Virus record (IMG/VR): IMGVR_UViG_3300020042_011666
Coordinates: 1 to 64,000 of that record
Reading direction: 5' to 3' (one strand)
From: a virus
DNA: 64,000 bases
The notes below the pieces were generated by a model. That model was not told the origin of the DNA, made no database searches, and was given only the letters and a program-made list of their open reading frames with translations. Position 1 is the stretch's first letter. Each line of letters begins with the position of its first letter. A program made the position numbers and the translations under genes. Shown here piece after piece: positions 1-10,005 of this stretch.

Positions 1-527
1 TCATCCCACCCGCCTAATCTTATATAATCATATTTGTTCATAAAGATTGGTAAAGTTGATCCTGATTCTTCTACCTTATCTTGCTCCAACGAATTTTCGT
101 AATCCCAGTAAGTTTGTAGGTCAAACGTTTTAGGATCTCTCCCTAAATCCTTAATATGAAATTGTCTAAAGATAGAAGGAGAAGGCTCGATTTGATTAGG
201 AGCTAATACATATCCGGGTTTATATTCCTCAAGTAGTACTTGATCCCATACATCTGGAAATACATTATCATCATTTACAATAAGAATCTTATCAAACTTA
301 GCATTAAAAACTCCTAAGTTAGTTGCCCGGCAAAGCCCGGCATTCTCTTCTAAAACTAGAATCTCAATAGAGTCTCTATACCTACCAAGAACCTCCTTAT
401 TAACCTCATAGAACCCATCTACCACTACTATAATTTGGTTGTTTAACCTCTGTCCGTTAATGGCTGATCTTAAACATAAGTCAAGCGCTTCAGGCTGTTT
501 GTATGTAGGGATGATTACTGAGATCAT
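1..527 (-). CDS. Glycosyltransferase family 2 (runs off the left edge; not in ORF track)
   Basis: Manual translation from ATG at 527: MISVIIPTYKQPEALDLCL...IIVVVDG...ENAGLCRATNLG...ILIVNDD; GT-A N-terminus and DxD-like motif. Confidence 0.85.
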   Translation of the reverse strand, partial: MISVIIPTYKQPEALDLCLRSAINGQRLNNQIIVVVDGFYEVNKEVLGRYRDSIEILVLEENAGLCRATNLGVFNAKFDKILIVNDDNVFPDVWDQVLLEEYKPGYVLAPNQIEPSPSIFRQFHIKDLGRDPKTFDLQTYWDYENSLEQDKVEESGSTLPIFMNKYDYIRLGGWD

Positions 528-1162
528 TTTGGTAAAAGTAAATATTGATTAGTTTCTCCATGAATGTAACCTACTCTATTTAAGTATATTAGTTCATAGT
601 TTAAGCTTTCTATAAAAGCATATAGCTCTTCTTTTTCACATAAGTCCCAATGGTGTTCTAAATAGATAGCTGGTCTATTATTCTTAATAGTTTCCACAGC
701 TCCTTTTAGCATTAAAAGCTCTGCTCCTTCTACATCAACTTTTATCAATGAAATGCCTTTTAGTTTAAAAGAATCTAATGTATGTACCGGAACTGCTATA
801 TGTTCAACATCTCGCTGTAAACGGTAAACCGGACTACCACCTTCCATGACTCTTAAATATCCATTACCGTTATAGTCCGCTATAGCACAGCAATGTATCT
901 CAGCTTTCAAATTATTTAACTCTAAGTTCTCCTTAAGTATCTCTGCATTACCTGAATGCGCTTCAAAGCAAATCATTCCCGTGTTTGAAAAATTATCATT
1001 GAGTATTATAGACATTGTTCCATAATGTGCTCCAATGTCAACTATCTTACCTTTCTTGATGTTGTATGTTTGTAGAGTACTGATGTATGGATCAAAAACA
1101 TCTCCTTGATCATTCAAATGTTTAAATGGGCAGGTCTTACCCTGCAGTCTTATTTGTGTCAT
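524..1162 (-). CDS. FkbM-family SAM methyltransferase
   Basis: VDIGAHYG, FEAH, IKVDVEGAE motifs; start moved to MTQIRL (1162) to avoid overlap. Confidence 0.85.
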   Translation of the reverse strand: MTQIRLQGKTCPFKHLNDQGDVFDPYISTLQTYNIKKGKIVDIGAHYGTMSIILNDNFSNTGMICFEAHSGNAEILKENLELNNLKAEIHCCAIADYNGNGYLRVMEGGSPVYRLQRDVEHIAVPVHTLDSFKLKGISLIKVDVEGAELLMLKGAVETIKNNRPAIYLEHHWDLCEKEELYAFIESLNYELIYLNRVGYIHGETNQYLLLPK

Positions 1163-1854
1163 ATTAAGTTCCAATCTGTTAATGGTGATAACCAAGCAGT
1201 CTCTCCGTGAGTTGCATACCCGGGAATAGAACTTATTAATAATTCTCCCTGCTCTCTTAAATCTAAGAACATTTTGAAATCTTCTGGATAAGTTCCTTGG
1301 GTGTATTTCCGAAGAGTTTTTTCTGCTCTTCTTAAAGCTGGCTCAGTGGTTGCAAAGGTCATAGTCGTTGAGTTTGTTATTTTCCAATGAGTTGATTCTG
1401 TTAAATATATTCTAGTATCTTCTGCTCCTCCTTCACAGTAAGGATTACCTCCTTGACTTGGCGGTAAATACTTATCAGGATGATCGTATAAAGATACAAA
1501 CGAAGATCCTAATTCTAAACCCTCTAGAATAATTTTATCTGAGTTTGGTTTATGTAAATAATCATTCTCTAGGAAGTAAACAACCTGCCAGTCTGGCTCC
1601 TGTAATGCCTTATCTAAAGCTAAGTTGAAAGTTCCAGCACCATGACCAACAGAAACATACTCAATAAAGTTTCTAGGGATGTGCTTTTGAATCATATCAT
1701 TAGTCTCTTCTGAGATATTATCGGCAAGGATAGTCCAATCGTGATCAAACCAAGGGAAGGTCTGTATAGCATTTTTTAAGCAAGCCTCATTGTTTATGTA
1801 CGCTGGTTTTACTTTACTGTACCCTGAATCAGATATTCTGTAGATTATTTTCAT
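1159..1854 (-). CDS. GT-A fold glycosyltransferase-like protein
   Basis: YFLENDYLH (DxD-like) motif; cluster context. Confidence 0.55.
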   Translation of the reverse strand: MKIIYRISDSGYSKVKPAYINNEACLKNAIQTFPWFDHDWTILADNISEETNDMIQKHIPRNFIEYVSVGHGAGTFNLALDKALQEPDWQVVYFLENDYLHKPNSDKIILEGLELGSSFVSLYDHPDKYLPPSQGGNPYCEGGAEDTRIYLTESTHWKITNSTTMTFATTEPALRRAEKTLRKYTQGTYPEDFKMFLDLREQGELLISSIPGYATHGETAWLSPLTDWNLI

Positions 1855-1857
1855 ATC

Positions 1858-2748
1858 TTAAGATAGTAAATTTATTATGTGGTTTGCAACTTCTTTATCG
1901 GTTAAGTAGGCATCTAGTACCGTATGAGGATCTCCAAAATATTCTCTAGGACCTAAACGAGGCTGTTTAATCTGCTTTAACACTCCATTCCAACCGTAAA
2001 GCTGTAAATTAAAGTCGCCTGTAATTACAGTCTTAGTCCCTACTCCTGCAGCAATTGTAGCTAATCCTCCATCAGTTCCGATAAATGCAACACAATGCTT
2101 CATTATAGAAGCTTCAAACAAAAGTGATTTTTGATCATCATCTGGCAAATATAAAGTCTGTTGCTGGTTGGCATCTCCAACACCGATTGGGTATAAAGTA
2201 AAATGCTCCTGCAGTTCGTTTACTATGTATTGAATGTCTCTATGTGCTCCTCCGTAACCTAGGTTTGGAACATCTACACCTGCTTCATACTGCTCAGGAG
2301 TAAATAGGTAAGTCTTTGGTTGCCAATTAGTCATAAAAGCAAGAACTGGTTTGTTACCTGTCTGTCTTAATTCAACAACAACATCTCTAGCAATAGCATC
2401 ATATTCCGGAGTGGTGTATATTGCATATTCGGAAGATAGTTCCTTAAAGCCGGCCTGCTGTTGATATTGTTCACAAGGAGTAATTTGGTAGTCTAAAGCC
2501 CCTAGTTCAATAACCTTAGTATAGACACCTTGAGTGCAGGGGTGAAGAGGCTTCGGACCTGGTATTTGTGATACAAAGACTTTATCTATAAATGGATTGT
2601 TCTCAACTAATTGAGCTACTTGTGGAAAGCCGATTAAGTAATCTACTTGAGAATACCCTTCTCCCTTTAGCTTTTCAGCTAAGGATGTTGCGAAGATAAT
2701 ATCTCCAAAGAAGCCAAAAGTTATTACTAAACAATTAGTATTGCTCAT
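1858..2748 (-). CDS. GT9 (heptosyltransferase-like) glycosyltransferase
   Basis: FGDIIFAT, NPFIDKV, FIGTDGGLATIAAGVG match the GT9 pattern; start moved to MSNTN. Confidence 0.7.
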   Translation of the reverse strand: MSNTNCLVITFGFFGDIIFATSLAEKLKGEGYSQVDYLIGFPQVAQLVENNPFIDKVFVSQIPGPKPLHPCTQGVYTKVIELGALDYQITPCEQYQQQAGFKELSSEYAIYTTPEYDAIARDVVVELRQTGNKPVLAFMTNWQPKTYLFTPEQYEAGVDVPNLGYGGAHRDIQYIVNELQEHFTLYPIGVGDANQQQTLYLPDDDQKSLLFEASIMKHCVAFIGTDGGLATIAAGVGTKTVITGDFNLQLYGWNGVLKQIKQPRLGPREYFGDPHTVLDAYLTDKEVANHIINLLS

Positions 2749-3112
2749 AAGATTTTTCTTCCACAAATAATGAACCTGTCAGTAGGTTAATTTCTTTTTT
2801 AACTTCTGCTCTCTTGTCGTTAGTAACATAAATTTGTCTAGCATAATGAATAAACTCTTCATCAAAGACTTTATTCTTCTCTTTCATTCGAATATCATCC
2901 TCTAGATCCCAAAGTGTTTCGTTAACTGTTTTCACTTTTTCGTATAGGATACGAACCTGCCCATCTTCTAAAAGGCTAGCTCCTATATTAGTTAATTCTG
3001 TATACTCTGTATGTATGTTCTTCAGCTTACTATCGTCTGAAATCCGTTCTAATTTAATTTGCAGTATGCTAATTTTATCTAGCAACTCTCCGTCTGATAT
3101 TTCTACTTTCAT
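2735..3112 (-). CDS. DUF6165-like protein
   Basis: EISxGELLDKISILQIK...LWDLEDDIR...ARQIYVTNDKRA. Confidence 0.7.
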   Translation of the reverse strand: MKVEISDGELLDKISILQIKLERISDDSKLKNIHTEYTELTNIGASLLEDGQVRILYEKVKTVNETLWDLEDDIRMKEKNKVFDEEFIHYARQIYVTNDKRAEVKKEINLLTGSLFVEEKSYEQY

Positions 3113-3837
3113 AAATTTATTTTGTAGTTGTTTGATTTAATCCATTTTACATTCTCTAATCCTATTGGTATTTCCTCTAAAGTATATTCAATATTATCAT
3201 AACCAACATGCCTATATTCATAAGCTTTTTGGTATAGCATCTTTCCTTCATAAAAGTCTCTTTGATCCTGCTCTGGTTTTAAATGCATTGCTCCATTATC
3301 ATTATGGTACAGACAGAAATAAGTACCTTCAGACTGTCTCACTACAGGAATGCTAGCCCATCTTAGTCTCTCTCTAAGGTCTTCATCTTCGTTTCCCCAT
3401 CCTTTATAGAGAGGATTCAAACCGTTGATAACCTCAAACTGTTCTCTTGACATCATTACAACCCCGCCGTAGAAGTTAGGATCGATTGCTTGAGAAAAGC
3501 TTCTGTAACCGCCTGGAATGTCATGCTCAGGTCTCAAGCTTGCATTATCCTTATCAAGGAAGAATGCTTTTGCTCCCATCAAGGTAGCAGTTCCGGTAAA
3601 GGTATAATCTAAATCATCAGCAGGGTAATAATCTACCTGGTGTAAGATAATAACATCACCGGTTGCTTCTTTAAAACCAATGTTATTTACAATAGCGATC
3701 TGAAAGTTATCTTCATTACCTTGTTCGGAGATTATAATTTCATAATCTTTGTCTGTAAATTTATCTTGAAGCCTTGGAAGCAGAACTTCCAAATGCTCTT
3801 CTCTATTCCGGTAAGGTATAATAATTGAGTATTTCAT
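3109..3837 (-). CDS. GT7 beta-1,4-galactosyltransferase-like
   Basis: IIIPYRNREEHL, HQVD, GGV, GWGNEDEDL. Confidence 0.85.
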   Translation of the reverse strand: MKYSIIIPYRNREEHLEVLLPRLQDKFTDKDYEIIISEQGNEDNFQIAIVNNIGFKEATGDVIILHQVDYYPADDLDYTFTGTATLMGAKAFFLDKDNASLRPEHDIPGGYRSFSQAIDPNFYGGVVMMSREQFEVINGLNPLYKGWGNEDEDLRERLRWASIPVVRQSEGTYFCLYHNDNGAMHLKPEQDQRDFYEGKMLYQKAYEYRHVGYDNIEYTLEEIPIGLENVKWIKSNNYKINL

Positions 3838-4612
3838 CTCCTAATCTATCATATTGGTGTATAATAATATAATCTTTAATTTTATGCAAATCAAACTCAA
3901 CTTGTTTTTCATTAATAACATGCAAGTGTAATCCCCAATTATCTTCTAAGCTTGTAAATAAAGTTTTATCTTTGTATGAATTTTGAATTAAGTAGTTGTA
4001 GGCAGCTTGGTCAGCATTCCTAGGTTTGTTAATTGATAGTAAGTATATATCTCTACAGAGGTTAGAGACTTCCTGAGCTGTTCCCGCTATAGAGCCAGCA
4101 TTGTATACCTTTGTATTTTTATTAAACTCAGTAATAATACCAAAAGTAGTCCAGTAGTTTTGAAAATTCCAAGTCTCCTGTTCGTGAGTAACTTCTTCGC
4201 TAGACGCTACGATCCCGGTATGGTTTCTTCTTCGCAACCATTCAAATGGATTTTTATTAAATATAATATCATTCACATCTGTTAGTAACACTACATCGGT
4301 AGGGTCTAAATCTTTCAGGTAATACCACCAGTGTAGAAATCTTGCATGGTGTACTAATAAGGGAGAGTTCTCTATTGTTAAATGTCCTGAGTTTGTTATA
4401 AAATTCTGTACTTCACCGCCGTATAGGTCAAAACCGGGGGTAATTAACTCAATTTTATTATCATAACAATACTCGGTAATTTCAGTACCCTTTGGGTTAT
4501 AATAAAATAATACCCTATCTACACCAGCAAACTGACTTGTTTTAACCCAGTTTTTTAAGTTTTTAACAGTGTAATTCCCGCTGATTGCTCCTATAAGTAA
4601 ATTCTTATTCAT
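3803..4612 (-). CDS. GT-A fold glycosyltransferase-like protein
   Basis: LLTDVNDIIF, YNAG, DQAAYNYL, HQYDR; start moved to MNKNLL. Confidence 0.65.
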   Translation of the reverse strand: MNKNLLIGAISGNYTVKNLKNWVKTSQFAGVDRVLFYYNPKGTEITEYCYDNKIELITPGFDLYGGEVQNFITNSGHLTIENSPLLVHHARFLHWWYYLKDLDPTDVVLLTDVNDIIFNKNPFEWLRRRNHTGIVASSEEVTHEQETWNFQNYWTTFGIITEFNKNTKVYNAGSIAGTAQEVSNLCRDIYLLSINKPRNADQAAYNYLIQNSYKDKTLFTSLEDNWGLHLHVINEKQVEFDLHKIKDYIIIHQYDRLGDEILNYYTLPE

Positions 4613-5426
4613 TAAAGTAAATATAGTTAATTTCTGGATTGACAAACCAGCCAATATTCTCAGAGTATTTCTCTTCACCCATCCAGTGGTATGCATCACC
4701 GGTAATTGGTAATTCGATAATTCGTTTCTTATCTAAAGCAGAAGCAATTGAGGATGGTCCTGATAAGTTACCTACGTAGAGTGCTGCTGAGTTAATTACT
4801 GTAAACCAGTTGTTTACGTCTCCTATTTGGTAAAATTCACACTGATCTTTAAATGGAAACAGGTCGTAGTCTTTCTGCTCAGTACCGATAAAGACAACCT
4901 GTCCTGGGTAAGCTTCCATAATACTTTGGTAAGGGAATTCATTATTAATCCTTGAGTGACTGTACCTCCTGTTAATAATAACCTTATCGGTAAAGTATGG
5001 ATCAATCTCATTGAACTGTATCCACTGATAAGGCTTTTTAATTTCAAAATCAAAAGTTAAGCTAAAGATTTCAGACCAGCAAGTCTTATAGAGGTGAGGA
5101 GATCTCATAAAATGCTCTAGGTGCGTAAAGCCTTCCTCTAGCAATTTAGGTTCGTAGACTTCAATAGGCCCACTAATAACATTTGGATTAGTAGGCACTA
5201 TCTTAAAGTCCTCAAGTATCTGAAAGGAATTAACAAATGGTTGGTTCATTACCAAGTCGCGAAGTTCCTTGTATGCTGTATCAGTTCCTAATTCGAACCC
5301 TCCTTCAACATGGTAGAGGTAAATATCTGCCATTGTATTATTCTTCTCACATAGATGCTTCATACCGAACATCATATGCATAAAGTCACCAAGCTTACCG
5401 CAGATAGTAAAGTTCTCAGTTCTCAT
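4605..5426 (-). CDS. GT9-like glycosyltransferase
   Basis: GKLGDF near the N-terminus and YVGNLSGPSSIA; start moved to MRTENF. Confidence 0.55.
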   Translation of the reverse strand: MRTENFTICGKLGDFMHMMFGMKHLCEKNNTMADIYLYHVEGGFELGTDTAYKELRDLVMNQPFVNSFQILEDFKIVPTNPNVISGPIEVYEPKLLEEGFTHLEHFMRSPHLYKTCWSEIFSLTFDFEIKKPYQWIQFNEIDPYFTDKVIINRRYSHSRINNEFPYQSIMEAYPGQVVFIGTEQKDYDLFPFKDQCEFYQIGDVNNWFTVINSAALYVGNLSGPSSIASALDKKRIIELPITGDAYHWMGEEKYSENIGWFVNPEINYIYFNE

Positions 5427-6055
5427 TAAATTCTCTTCTTGAAGCAAGCTGTTAAGATGTTTGGTGACAATGCTTTATCAACTCGAACCTTATCTTCAAC
5501 ATTGCAGTAATTAATCATATCGAACCCTTGCCTGTTCATAAAAGCTTCTAAACTCTTTTCTGTGAAATGGTACAAGTGTTCATCAGGCTTTCTATGCTTC
5601 CAGGTTTCAAACCAAGCATCATCTAAGCCATTAACGCACCAAGGTAAGCTGATAACAGCATACTTACATTGAAGGTTCTTAACGAACTCAATATCGCCAA
5701 AATGTTCTAAGCTATCAAAGAATGTAATAACGTCAGCGTACTGGTTAGTAATATCATCAACGAAGTTAATTCCCGGGTTCAAAGGATAGGCTGGCTGTAT
5801 ATCGTTACCGTAAAGCTCTCCAATAAATCCTCGGCAAGATTCTAAAAAGTCTCCATTACCGTATCCAACATCCATAAGCGATTTAGGGACCTCTCCAGTT
5901 GCGCCAATAATATAACCCAATCTCAAATTCAAAATGTTTCCTCTGTCATTGAAGTGAGAGTATCTACTATCTGAATAATCAATGTCGTAGTTGTAAGGCT
6001 TACATTCGATTTGCTTAATAACACCGTCCTGTGTTAATTCGTAGTTGTTTAACAT
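5426..6055 (-). CDS. Class I SAM-dependent methyltransferase
   Basis: LMDVGYGNGDFL, FFDSLEH, EHLYHF. Confidence 0.85.
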   Translation of the reverse strand: MLNNYELTQDGVIKQIECKPYNYDIDYSDSRYSHFNDRGNILNLRLGYIIGATGEVPKSLMDVGYGNGDFLESCRGFIGELYGNDIQPAYPLNPGINFVDDITNQYADVITFFDSLEHFGDIEFVKNLQCKYAVISLPWCVNGLDDAWFETWKHRKPDEHLYHFTEKSLEAFMNRQGFDMINYCNVEDKVRVDKALSPNILTACFKKRI

Positions 6056-6063
6056 AATATTAT

Positions 6064-6092
6064 AATATAAGGATTAGTTTAGTAAATAGCAA
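6064..6092 (-). promoter_or_regulatory. Bacteroidota-type promoter TTG-N20-TATATT
   Basis: Matches the repeated motif; just upstream of ATG 6055. Confidence 0.6.
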
Positions 6093-6098
6093 TTTATC

Positions 6099-6926
6099 TT
6101 AAGAAAAATCTACATCTGTTGCCCAGTAAGCATGACCGCCTCTTTCTGTCTCCATTACATCGTAGTGGTATTGTTGCATTCCATTTTTAGGCCACTGCAT
6201 TTGTATTTTTGGAAAAAGTAGGAACAGTTCTTCCATCACTTCCTGACTTGTGTTTAAAGCTTCTGATACTTTCGGTGCTTTATCTTTTAAGTATGTATCA
6301 GCATCTGTAAGGTGCTTAGCTGCCTCTTTGTTATATTTAGCAACATAAGGAATGGTTAGGTAAACTTCTGACCTTGTATAAAGCTCTTCGTAAGGCCTAC
6401 TTAACGCTGCTTCATCATGCCAAGACATATCATACTCAATTCCAAATAAGGTAAGTAGGTCTTCTTTTCTGCCCCAGAATATGTGATCAATCGGATGGTA
6501 AGGATAATCTTTACACATAGCCATAATACCGATTTTAGCTAATGGTTTAGTTTCTTCTCTAAAATACTCTGAGTTGATTTCATTTTTGCTGAAGTAGTAA
6601 TCATAAAGCTTCAACATGCTCTCCAAAGAAACTATTTGATCTCCTCTCATCTTTATTACATACTCAGCAGCGGTTGCTTTAATACCTTCGTAAGAGGACT
6701 TAACTAATCGGTTTCTATTCCAGCTTCCAGGAAATTCTACATCCTTACTCTTCAATACATAGATCTTTGGATTTTCCCAATCAATCATAGTATCGTCAAT
6801 ATCAGGGCAAGTCTCCCAGCAGGATATTACTACAGCATTTACAAAAGGTAATTTTGTATAGTGATCAGCAATACGAGCAGTGTATGGCTGCAAAGGTCCT
6901 TGCAGAACAATATCTATAGGTATCAT
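6099..6926 (-). CDS. WavE-like LPS/glycan biosynthesis protein
   Basis: IVLQGP, VISCWE, N-R-x-x-x-S-x-x-G, KMRGD, YHPIDHIFWG. Confidence 0.7.
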   Translation of the reverse strand: MIPIDIVLQGPLQPYTARIADHYTKLPFVNAVVISCWETCPDIDDTMIDWENPKIYVLKSKDVEFPGSWNRNRLVKSSYEGIKATAAEYVIKMRGDQIVSLESMLKLYDYYFSKNEINSEYFREETKPLAKIGIMAMCKDYPYHPIDHIFWGRKEDLLTLFGIEYDMSWHDEAALSRPYEELYTRSEVYLTIPYVAKYNKEAAKHLTDADTYLKDKAPKVSEALNTSQEVMEELFLLFPKIQMQWPKNGMQQYHYDVMETERGGHAYWATDVDFS

Positions 6927-7381
6927 AACAGAGTTTCTACTTCATGTAAATAATCCGAACATACTCCATAAACATCTTGAGCTATATAACCATACTCGTT
7001 AATGCTTTGAAGATCTAGCAAAGGGATAATTGATTTACTATTAGCAGATTCTAAGTCATGAGACCAGATCAGATTAGTATTGTTAATAATAGTTTGCCTT
7101 TCCTGTTCGTGGAAAAAGATTCTTAGACCTGTCTCGATTAGGAAATCCAGACTCTCAAAATCTTTTGTATGCACCCACAGCTTATCTTTTCTTTCCAGTA
7201 GCCAGCTCAACTCAACTCGATATTGCGGATGGTCGTGACCTAGGTACAGTTGACCTTCTTTCATTCGAACATCAATCTCAACATCGTATCCTAAAGTAAT
7301 AGTATCCTGAATGTAGCTAGGTCGGTTCTCGGAGTCGGGTATCCTGCCGGTAATGTTTCCTCTATGTGAAATTAAAATCAT
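6923..7381 (-). CDS. Small GDPD/PLC-like phosphodiesterase-fold protein
   Basis: ISHRGN, EN, DVEIDV, LGHD, WVHTK, GVCSDY. Confidence 0.75.
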   Translation of the reverse strand: MILISHRGNITGRIPDSENRPSYIQDTITLGYDVEIDVRMKEGQLYLGHDHPQYRVELSWLLERKDKLWVHTKDFESLDFLIETGLRIFFHEQERQTIINNTNLIWSHDLESANSKSIIPLLDLQSINEYGYIAQDVYGVCSDYLHEVETLL

Positions 7382-7728
7382 AATTCTTCTATTCTTTTTG
7401 CTTTATCGTCAACAACTAAATCATAAAGAGGTTTTTTATCTCCAACCTCTAGGTTGTGGAACTTTGCTCCCCATTCCTTTAATTGCTTTAAAGTTAATGC
7501 TCGGTATTCTTCCATACGCTCTTTGTTGGTAGGATCAGAACTTCCTCTAGCTGTCCAATAAGTAATAATCCAACCTTCATTATAAAGCTTGTTTATCTTC
7601 TGAATGTTTTCCCGGCTTGGTGTAGCTAATTCATAGACTCTATCTCCTTCATAGAAGCAAATCGTCTCATCTATATCAACAAAAGCTATAGGGTAAGCAT
7701 TGTTTTTATTGTGTATCTCCTTGTTCAT
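7378..7728 (-). CDS. HAD-superfamily phosphatase (capsule biosynthesis type)
   Basis: VDIDETIC, WTARG, KP...VVDDKA. Confidence 0.85.
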   Translation of the reverse strand: MNKEIHNKNNAYPIAFVDIDETICFYEGDRVYELATPSRENIQKINKLYNEGWIITYWTARGSSDPTNKERMEEYRALTLKQLKEWGAKFHNLEVGDKKPLYDLVVDDKAKRIEEL

Positions 7729-8536
7729 TATATTCCTTCCAGTACCTATAAGTTCTAATTAAATCCTCTTCGCTTCTAACTTGTAGACCTCTTAAGATTG
7801 TTTGCCATGCTTCAAAGTTCTCAACCTCTTCTGGAGTGCCGAACACTGTAACGAAGTCGGTAGGGTAGCAAGTCACTTTCAAATTATCCTGAATCAATAA
7901 ATTATAAACTAACGTAACGTAATATTCTCCGTTGTAGTTTATATCTAAGTCCATGAGTTGTTGGAAATACTTCTTAATATAAAATCCTTTCTTAAAGTAG
8001 TAAGTCCCGGTAGAGGCATGCTCCTGCATCGGATCTTCCGTATAAGGCTCTTTCTCTTTTATCTCAGAAACCGCTAAGTCACTTTCTTTCATATAAGCCA
8101 TAAAGGTAGAGCTTAATCGGTGAGGATGAAATCCAACATGACTCAAAATACATCCATCACTTTCACTTTCCTTAATCCATTTTTTAAATTCTGCGTAGTT
8201 CCACAAGTAGGGATTATCACAGTAGCAAACTATAACCTCTTCGTTATCATCAATATAGCTCTCCATTCCTGTCATAGTGTATACCGGGCCTTTTTTGTGA
8301 GGAGGTACTCCAACGATGGTAGCATCAGACCTAATATTAATTATAATTTCTCTCATGGAGGTTGTTGTTAGGTGATGGTGATTGCAGATAAAAATCAACT
8401 CATCTTCTTTATTAAACATACCGCAGATGTATTCAAGAATCCTTTTTCCGTTAACTGTAATAAGAGGTTTTGGATCTCTGTACCCTGCTTTTACAAACCG
8501 GTTACCAAATCCGGCCATTGGTATAATTACTTTCAT
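7706..8536 (-). CDS. Sugar-phosphate nucleotidyltransferase
   Basis: IPMAGFGNRF, PKPLI, YCD, EK, NGEYYV, FGTPEE. Confidence 0.85.
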   Translation of the reverse strand: MKVIIPMAGFGNRFVKAGYRDPKPLITVNGKRILEYICGMFNKEDELIFICNHHHLTTTSMREIIINIRSDATIVGVPPHKKGPVYTMTGMESYIDDNEEVIVCYCDNPYLWNYAEFKKWIKESESDGCILSHVGFHPHRLSSTFMAYMKESDLAVSEIKEKEPYTEDPMQEHASTGTYYFKKGFYIKKYFQQLMDLDINYNGEYYVTLVYNLLIQDNLKVTCYPTDFVTVFGTPEEVENFEAWQTILRGLQVRSEEDLIRTYRYWKEYNEQGDTQ

Positions 8537-10005
8537 AAACTCTTTCTGTATTTTTCTGATTCTAAACTTAAAAGCTCAAACATATCATCACTGAATAATG
8601 TATGTCTGGACTGTAGTGTTTCTGTAATGTAGTGAATATAGTTGTTGAAGGCAAGTACTTCCAGGCTTTGTTTTTTATCTGAGAAGATTACTGCGTCAGG
8701 GAAGTAATAATGCTCACTCTTCTTCTCTTTAGCAAAAGCTAATGTAAATGTTATAAAGCTTAATATCCGGTTCTGCAAATACTTCTGTGCTTTGTATGTA
8801 ATATCTTTCACCAAAGTTAACGCTTCTTCCTTTGAATCTGAACTTATTATCAATCCGTGGTTCTGTAAGAAGGTAATGCTTGGTTTGTCTTTCAATCGCT
8901 CTAAAGCTTTGAATAGAGAATACCCAGGTGCTGTATAAGGAACATAGGTATATTCATAATCGTTATAAATTTCCTGAAGAACTTCTTTTACATTACCTAA
9001 GCAAAGAATAGCTGTTAGGTAAACAGGGTGCAGGTGGATAGTGTATTTGTTTAATAAAGCATGTAAGCCAACTTCCATCGAAGGTCTTTTACCTGTGTAG
9101 AATATATCAGATTCAAATAAAGCATCATACCTCTCAGAGGTTGAAATACCTTTCATCATAGCAGGTCGAACAATTGAGTAACCATTCACTCTACTCACAT
9201 CTTTCATCTTAAAGCCAGAAGCTTTTATAAACATATGATCACCGGTCTTTATAGAGATATTTCCTCCTGTGTGTTGACATAGTAAGATATCAGCTCCAAG
9301 GTTATTAGAAAGTTCAATAAAGTCTTTTATGTCTGTGTTATAGTCTTTAACAAAAGTAAATAAGTATTCATTAGCAGGTTTTATAAACCGGTAACTTATT
9401 ACTACATCAACTACTTCATTCTTATCTCCAATGTTTCTAATTGGCTTTTCTGGTATCATATCAACAATAACATCCGCAATAGCAATTTGCCTTTCGTTTA
9501 TTTTTATAGCATCAAGCTTCCTCCTATTGATTGCATCTATGACAGCACTGTACTTATAGCCCCTCTTTTCAGTATCTCTGATTATCTTCCAGTGGGTACG
9601 TAGCGTTTCATCTGTATTGATAAAGATCTTAAGATCGGTTAGCTCCTGAGCCTGTTCAGTATAAAATGCATGAAGGCCTTGATTGATGATAATCCTGTTA
9701 GGTTCAATCTCAATAGGTGGTTTGAATGTACCTGTATCGTGATCATACACAGAGCGGTAAATAGGATTGCCTTCGGTTAGCTCCCTAAGGTGCATATCCC
9801 CTAGATTTAAATTGTTAGCTTCTGGGTTCAAGTGAGTATAGGTATCCCACTTTGGGCTTGTTCTAAACCACTTATGTAGATCATCTGTACTAAGAGTAAC
9901 TGTATTCTCAATTCCAAAAAACAATCGAACAATCCCAGTCATTGTAGATTTACCTACTCCAGATTCTCCAGCAATACCTATTATGTAAGGCTTTACTAAG
10001 CTCAT
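8533..10005 (-). CDS. Phosphoribulokinase/uridine kinase fused to a class II aldolase/adducin domain
   Basis: IGIAGESGVGKST, TDDLH, YDHDTG, RDTEKRG; C-terminal GGNIS, KASG, PSME, HLH, LQNHG. Confidence 0.85.
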   Translation of the reverse strand: MSLVKPYIIGIAGESGVGKSTMTGIVRLFFGIENTVTLSTDDLHKWFRTSPKWDTYTHLNPEANNLNLGDMHLRELTEGNPIYRSVYDHDTGTFKPPIEIEPNRIIINQGLHAFYTEQAQELTDLKIFINTDETLRTHWKIIRDTEKRGYKYSAVIDAINRRKLDAIKINERQIAIADVIVDMIPEKPIRNIGDKNEVVDVVISYRFIKPANEYLFTFVKDYNTDIKDFIELSNNLGADILLCQHTGGNISIKTGDHMFIKASGFKMKDVSRVNGYSIVRPAMMKGISTSERYDALFESDIFYTGKRPSMEVGLHALLNKYTIHLHPVYLTAILCLGNVKEVLQEIYNDYEYTYVPYTAPGYSLFKALERLKDKPSITFLQNHGLIISSDSKEEALTLVKDITYKAQKYLQNRILSFITFTLAFAKEKKSEHYYFPDAVIFSDKKQSLEVLAFNNYIHYITETLQSRHTLFSDDMFELLSLESEKYRKSL

